DNA of 45,684 bases from Octopus bimaculoides (taxonomy: Eukaryota): contig NC_068999.1 in NCBI RefSeq assembly GCF_001194135.2, forward strand, positions 18,796,685-18,842,368, in the 5' to 3' direction. The notes under the pieces are model-generated. The model was not told the origin of the DNA. It was given only the letters and a program-made list of their open reading frames with translations, and did not search any database. Both the position numbers and the translations under genes were made by a program. This document shows, piece by piece, positions 39,393 to 45,684 of the stretch. Each line of letters starts with the position of its first letter. Position 1 is the first letter of the stretch.

Positions 39393-40165
39393 CTCATAAT
39401 GTTATCACACATTAAGGAGTTTTGTTCATCTCCCAATTTATTTCACTGAAAAATATACTAAGTTATGATTTCATACAATGAGTGATATTAATTGTATATG
39501 GATTACATATATGTTATTAGATTTTTTTTGTGCGTAGCTTTAAATTATATTTTCTGGAGAGTTTTGTTTTCTTACATTCGCGGAATTTCATAGCGATGTT
39601 TAAAAAGAATCATTATGAATTTAGCTTATATAATAGAAATATATCGTAAATATTTACTTCTTTCGATATTCATGAAACTATATTTTCTTCAACGGTAATA
39701 TAGTTAATTTTTTCTATCTGTTCTTTAATTCACTGATTCCAAAATGAATTATCATAGTGCAATAGGTTATCTTTATTTCTGATTTTCTAATTAATCTTGT
39801 ATATCCCGGAAGAATAAAACAGGGTTATGCTCTTTGGTCTATCAATATTGATACAGTGCTTCCAAAATATAAAATAATCACTTGATTATTTTTAACTGCA
39901 ATGTTTCTATTATATTATGTTGCATTTGTTTAAGCATTTCAGTGTCATACTAATGTAAATGGTACTAATTATTATTTTATGATTTATCACTTCGTGTTCA
40001 AGTATTGTTTTGTGATTATATTTAAGCTTCCATGAAAGTATTATAGTTAACTATAATAAATATCGAAGAAATGAATCGAACACTGCATACTTTTCTCGAC
40101 AAAGAGGTTTATCATACGTACACACTCAATTACATACATATATACTTATATATATATATATATAT

Positions 40166-40320
40166 GGGAGAACATACAAATAATAACAACAGACGAGGAC
40201 AGGTGGTGTAAATAACAAAAGTATATATTAGTATGACGCTCGGGAATACGGAAAGTCTTTGACGTTTCGAGCTACGCTCTTCAACAGAAAGAATACGGAG
40301 ACAAGGAGAAAAACACGGAG
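40166..40320 (-). mobile_element. Penelope-like terminal-repeat fragment bearing a hammerhead motif
   Basis: A ~155-bp non-repetitive island between microsatellites containing GAAGAGCGTAGCTCGAAACGTC (minus), the motif style typical of Penelope-like element repeats. It resembles an Octopus repeat I recall (unverified). Confidence 0.6.
40256..40292 (-). ncRNA. Minimal type I hammerhead ribozyme fold with variant core (CUGUUGA)
   Basis: Minus strand: UCUUU / CUGUUGA / A / GAGC-GUA-GCUC / GAAA / CG / UC | AAAGA. This gives a 5-bp stem I, a 4-bp stem II and a loop-less palindromic ACGU stem III with a GUC cleavage triplet. Conserved A6 is replaced by U. Confidence 0.65.
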
Positions 40321-40367
40321 ATATATAGATAGATAGATGTTTGTGTGTGTGTGTGTGTGTGCATACG

Positions 40368-40423
<56 letters not shown>
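40321..40423. repeat. (GATA)/(TG)/(TA)n microsatellite
   Basis: Directly visible; lies between the Penelope-like fragment and the Helitron. Confidence 0.95.
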
Positions 40424-40424
<1 letters not shown>

Positions 40425-41352
40425 TAGCTGACGTACCCGGCAATTCCCGGGAAAGCGGGGCTTATCCCTTGGTTCCATTTTGATAATTGTTTCACTAATC
40501 CAGCAACAACAATACAAAGTATGTAGCCCTTAATACGGCTTTGTGCATTTAGAGAGAATATCGAACTTTCTTACGCATGATCATGATCTTGTTTTTAGGA
40601 AAACCCAATAAGTTATGAATACCCAAATTGTGAAGTCACTTATGTAATAACATGAAATTAGTTACTCGATAGTAAGAATTCCAGTAAAGTAGCCCCGAAA
40701 TGAGCGTTAGTACGTAAGCAGAGTATATAGAACTTAGGGGAAAATGTTAATAATGTACTATAATAAAATCGTTAGGCATGTTACGTAATAACAGGCTAAT
40801 CGTGTATGAGATAATAATTCAAAGTAAATAACTCTGAAAAGGGCTTTCTGCGTTCATAGAGAATATTAGCCTCAGCAGCGCAGGATTTGTTCATATATTC
40901 GTCAATAAGACACTAACCGAAATATGTGGATCTATTGTTTAGGAAAATACTATTTACTTGTTGAAGCGTTGTGCTGGATAAATTACGAAAACACTCTAAC
41001 AGTTGAAAAACCAAGAAATAAGGATACTCATCTCCATTTATAAGAAATAATTTACGAAGATGAGTAGGTTATTTCCTTTGGCTAGTTTAAGGAACCCTTC
41101 CAGGAGCGAATGGGTTATATCCCTTGGGTGTTTAAAATGAAATATATTACTTATATGTTGTAGATATAAGGATCCCTTCCAGGGGCCTTATTATCGACTT
41201 TTTCAACAATCTATGTATGTCACTAGATTTCCAGACATGAGTTCTACTCACGTGTCAAGTTTCATAAGAAGCGATAAAACGATGTAGGAAGAGTTAGCTA
41301 GCAAACCTACAAAGAGGCACACCCACAAAGGATTTTCCACATGTGTAGTAGA
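40424..41352 (-). mobile_element. Non-autonomous Helitron inserted in a (TA)n microsatellite
   Basis: On the minus strand the element reads A|TCTACTAC...CCCGG-GAATTG-CCGGG-TACGTCAG-CTAG|T. This gives a 5' TC, a GC-rich subterminal hairpin 8 nt before a 3' CTAG, and insertion between A and T, with (TA)n on both flanks. No Rep/helicase ORF. The 3' end is better supported than the 5' end. Confidence 0.7.
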
Positions 41353-41356
41353 TATG

Positions 41357-41438
<82 letters not shown>

Positions 41439-41497
41439 CGTGTGTGTGTGTGTGTACGTGTATGTGTGTGTGTGCGTGTGTGTGTGTGTGTGTGTGT
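41353..41497. repeat. (TA)n/(TG)n microsatellite
   Basis: Directly visible; right flank of the Helitron. Confidence 0.95.
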
Positions 41498-42479
41498 AAA
41501 CGTACCTATAATTTTCGAGCTGCTCACCAATTTCAATTATGAATATGTGTCGTATGTTACATTAAAAATCGCTTGTACAATTATTCTATATGTTATTATG
41601 TACTTGGTTTTCATAATGAACACAACTAATGAAGGGAACAATATTGAAAATGGACCGATAGAAATATTTAGCGTAACAAATTTGTATTCAAAGCCTTGAA
41701 TCATCTAAAATATTTAAAGCAAATTAGTAACTACGTAGATTAGGCTTCAAGTTACAAATATTATCTATATCGGATGGGCTGTTCATGGGCCTTGCTTGTT
41801 ATAACAAGTTTGATGCTGGGAAAGTCAAGTATATGTTTGTTGCTGCACTAACGGAAACAATACATTATTGATTAGACTAACAATTATTTCATTGCTATAT
41901 TTGTTTATCTCTGATTAGCCCTTTAGTGACCGATATAAATACATTATGGTGGTCTCCATCATTAAATAGCTTCTTAAGTCATATCATAATTAGAATTGAA
42001 TCATTGAAATAATTAATTACATTTTCCCAAAAAATAATCAACATTTTCAACGTGGATTTCATTGTTATTTGTCCCACGTCTGCCCAAAATGTAGTACATT
42101 CCCTGCTAATTTGTCTGAGATTAATCACTGAGATAAAGACAAGCATATACTAATGATGTCACCAGTATGAACATTACAGACGTTAAGAAATTGGAGCATT
42201 GTTCATATTAACTAGATTTGCCTGCCAGTTACTATGAACAGAAATGCAATAACCAAATAGTGCTGGCACTATCCATAATTGAGATATATTCTGAATAAAG
42301 CATTAGTATTTCACTCGTAATTTACTCATGATCGAACGATTACAAACAATGTAGATGTATTCTTTCTATGATCTTCAAAAGTGGTCGCACAAGATGTTAA
42401 TGTTAAAATCAGATATCCGACATCGTGGTCCTCCATTGGTTTCAGCAATGCAAGTACAAAAGACAATCATTTATATGTA

Positions 42480-43757
42480 TCACGTCATCCCATAAGTAAC
42501 GACCGAACTATATTTTCAATTTGTAAACACTTAAACATTGATTCACAATGTGTGATGATATCAAGTTATATTTATATATATTTTGAGATATTTAAGATAA
42601 ATTCGATTAATCTTGCAGGATCATCTAACTGAAAATTCTGTAATTTTAGCTCTTAAATCATGGAAGTGTCTAGGGAACATTTGAGGCACATAATGATTTA
42701 TGGGAACACTACAGCTGAAGTGAGTGACTCTAAATATTTACTCAGCTTATGGAGAAGAGTGCCAGAATGAAAGAATTTTCAGAAGATGGTTTGTAAAATT
42801 TAGAAGTGGATAGTTCAGCCTTGAAGATGTGGCCCGCACGGGAAGTGCAAAAGTGTTGGATAACAAACTCCTTGCTTTTGACAGAAGTTGAAAAAGAATA
42901 TGCAGTTTCATTTGAAGAAGTGACAAGAAAGATTCGTTCAAGGCATACAACAGTTCACTTCCAACTTCACCAGCTTAGAAAAGTTCAAAAACTCAGAGGA
43001 TATCTGCCTCAAGGTTTATCTGAAGTCAAACGCAAATCCCGAGTGGACATCTACACTTCTCTTCATTCTCATGATATCAACTAGCACTTTTTGGACAGAC
43101 TGATGACTGGCGATAAAAAATGAGTCTTTTATCAAAATGCTAAGCATCGTAGACATTCGCTTGGTGAAGAGGAAAAGGTGCAACCACAACCGAAAAAGGA
43201 ATTCCATGCGAAGAAGGATCTTCTCGAAGTTTGTTGGGATTGCAAAGGGGTTATCCACTTTGAGTTACTACCAACTAATGCAACAATCAATGATGGAATC
43301 AATTATCAGCAATTAGTGTTTGAAAGCTGCTTTGAAGAAAAAAAGCCTGCTTTAGTGAATCAAAGATAGTGGTGTTTCAATAGGACAATTCAAGCCCCCA
43401 CCCCACTGGAAAGATCATGTCACAGCAAATCGAGGAAATTCGATGGAATAAAATTGCTCATCCGCCTTATTCCCCATGCTTTGATCCTTTATACTGCCAT
43501 TTGTTCCATAGTTTACAGAATGATTTTAACGGAATAAATCTTGAAAGGATTAATGAAGTCGAAACTGACCTTTCAGAGTTGTTCTCTTCGAAACCGGAAG
43601 AGGTTTTCTCTAATGGGATTAAAAAGCTTTCCAATACATGGAAAGATGTCGTAGATAATAATGAAAACTATATTGACGATTAAGTGACGTTAAAATATAA
43701 AATCTTATTGCTTTTTTCCTTATTTAAAATCTGGATATTACTTATAGGATGACCTAA
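42480..43757 (+). mobile_element. Full-length defective mariner DNA transposon, 1278 bp, TA target-site duplication
   Basis: Left TIR TCACGTCATCCCATAAGTAACGACC versus reverse complement of right TIR TTAGGTCATCCTATAAGTAATATCC (19/25 identical). TA flanks both ends (42478-79, 43758-59). Broken transposase inside. Confidence 0.95.
42660..43683 (+). pseudogene. Mariner transposase pseudogene
   Basis: MEVSREHLRHIMIYG start, RWFVKFRSG*FSLED, YLPQGL (WVPHEL-equivalent), LMTGDKK*VFYQN (TGDEKW), EVCWDCKGVIHFELLP, Q*DNSSPH, HPPYSPCFDPLY (third catalytic D lost) and C-terminal YIDD*. Confidence 0.93.
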
Positions 43758-45290
43758 TACAATGATCATCATGTAATTAAATTTTTTCAAATTATGATCG
43801 GTTCGTGTTACATGGAAATACTTTCGCTTTTTATAGTCAGATTTCAGAATCTATTATTCCCGTTTTGAGAATAATAGATGAGCGCCGGCTGAGTGCTTTT
43901 GTTGTAAGAAAAAAGTAGTCAAGATGCAGTATTTCACTACATTAGTAAGCTACAGTATCCAAATCATATCTCAGACGTTTGAAACGGAACAAAATATTAT
44001 TTTGAACCACACGTAATTCTTTGCTTCAAAACTTAAAATTTCTATACTATTAGTCAGTCAACATTGAGCACACCTGTGCACATTATAGGGACAGTTTTAA
44101 AACTGAAGGATTCAACAACATGCTGGGCTATGTTACTGACTGAAGGATGAATTTCCATTTCTTTAAGGCACTAATTTCTATGACGTTGTATACATCTAGG
44201 GCAAGTAAGAATGACAAGTATTTTTTCTGAACTTATGAGAAAGAAAAAAAATATTATTTTCGTTTTACAAAATTAATATACGGAGACGGAATTCTTAGAA
44301 TCACTGCGGTTTATATATTGATAGCAAAGTTGGTCTTAAAAGCTACATGTAAAATAATCATTTTAATAGGTATGCCCCTGCACGTATTCGCATGCAAGTA
44401 TATAAATATATTCACATAACAGTGTGAATTGAATTACCACTATAGTTTTGCTTCTCCTCGAAGCCTTGCTGTTGTTTTCTACACTGAAGAAATACTTCAT
44501 TTGTTCTTAGTATATACAACGCAATGAAAACACTTTACGAATTGTAACTTAAAACTCAGCAACATTTTTTTCTATTTATTTTATTAAGAAATAAAGATAA
44601 TCATTTAATTTTGTGCAATACGATGTATACTATTATCGCTTTATCTGTTGAGACGAAGGCTCATACAAAAACGAAGCTTTACTATTATTTTTACCACTTG
44701 AATAATTATAAATTCAATTGACTGAAAGTCTTGATAATTAAGTGAAAGATGAGACAAAAGTAAAATAAATAGTTTCCAGATATCTTCAGATAAAACGTTA
44801 GAGTATAAATTCCACCACCGCAGCCGTCGTCGGGCTGTTTTTTCTGCCGCCATCATTGCTGTCACTGTTGTGCCTCTTGCTGTGACAATTTAAAAACTAA
44901 TTGTATTATTGATGATGGTGACGTTTATAATGATGAAGTTGATGATGTCATTGATAAACATTTTTCTTTAATAATAATAATGGTAATGAATATGATGATG
45001 TCTACTTCGATAAAAATAATGGCAATTGCGGTGGTAGGTCAGTTTGCATCTGGAGGGAGAAGTGTTGTTGATGACAGCCACTCGGGTACATGACATTACA
45101 TTATTTTAACACTACCAAAAGAATAAAACCCAAATATCCAATAGAATTAGAATTAATAACGCGAAAAAATAAAACACGTAGAGCAGCACATTTTATTCGG
45201 CTCACAAATAAACTTCCACGAACAGTAAATTAAAACGCATATTCAAGTGCAGAAAGCCAGATGAGAGAATAATTGATTCTTTTTCGGCCT

Positions 45291-45443
45291 GAGTACTAGA
45301 CTGGTATTTTAATTTAGTAGTCGTGTACGATGAAAGATGAAATGAACCCAGATGCTTTTATAAAGCCAGAAGGTAAGGAGCCAGAATCAATACAGCAAGG
45401 CAATTTGATCAATACGTGACCCACTCTGTCAGTCGACCAGTCT
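45291..45443 (-). mobile_element. Highly degraded SINE, same family as 11304-11483
   Basis: GACTGGTATTTT...GATGAAAG...GAAGGTAAGGAGCC...ACTCTGTCAG follows the same motif order as the 11.3-kb copy. Confidence 0.5.
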
Positions 45444-45684
45444 AAACAACCATAATAATGACAATAAAGTGACTGATAATTTTCGAGGTAAAAATAATAT
45501 TAAGATTCTTAGGATACTTAAGTGCGAAACTCGAGAATAAATCAATACATTTTAATTAGTTTGAATGATTATGAGAAAATAAAAGGTAGCCAATTACGGA
45601 TTAGTAAAGAGCTTCTAAGTGGATGTGGTGTCGGTATATAAAAAGACGCTACTGTGTATATATATATATAAATATATATATATA

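Noticed and set aside
8752-41699. Many 60-100 aa ORFs rich in CVCV, YIYI or HTHT
   Set aside because: They are translations of (TG)/(TA)/(CA) microsatellites.
41774-41852. MGCSWALLVITSLMLGK signal-peptide-like mini-ORF
   Set aside because: No good splice donor and an early stop; such hydrophobic runs arise by chance in T-rich DNA.

Overview
This is AT-rich, microsatellite-dense eukaryotic DNA with seven assembly gaps. It is most likely intronic or intergenic sequence from an octopus; that is inferred from my recollection of Octopus SINE families and was not database-checked. No complete protein-coding gene, rRNA, tRNA or CRISPR array is supported, and most ORF-track entries are microsatellite, N-gap or antisense artefacts. 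The supported content is mainly decayed mobile DNA. It includes two full-length defective mariner elements in opposite orientation (12864-14167 minus, 42480-43757 plus), a ~210-bp mariner-derived MITE and several tRNA-derived SINE remnants. It also includes a cluster of retroelement remnants at 4.3-6.9 kb with a zinc-knuckle L1/Tx1-type ORF1 apparently lacking ORF2, and a canonical-ended non-autonomous Helitron in a (TA)n tract (40424-41352 minus). Next to that Helitron is a Penelope-type repeat carrying a minimal hammerhead ribozyme fold with a variant core (40256-40292 minus). One well-bounded candidate coding exon (31052-31201 plus) and two weaker, phase-compatible candidates suggest an unidentified host gene may span the window. 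I found no convincing wholly new biological system. The best leads are the hammerhead/Helitron nest in TA microsatellites, the ORF1-only LINE and the candidate exons.
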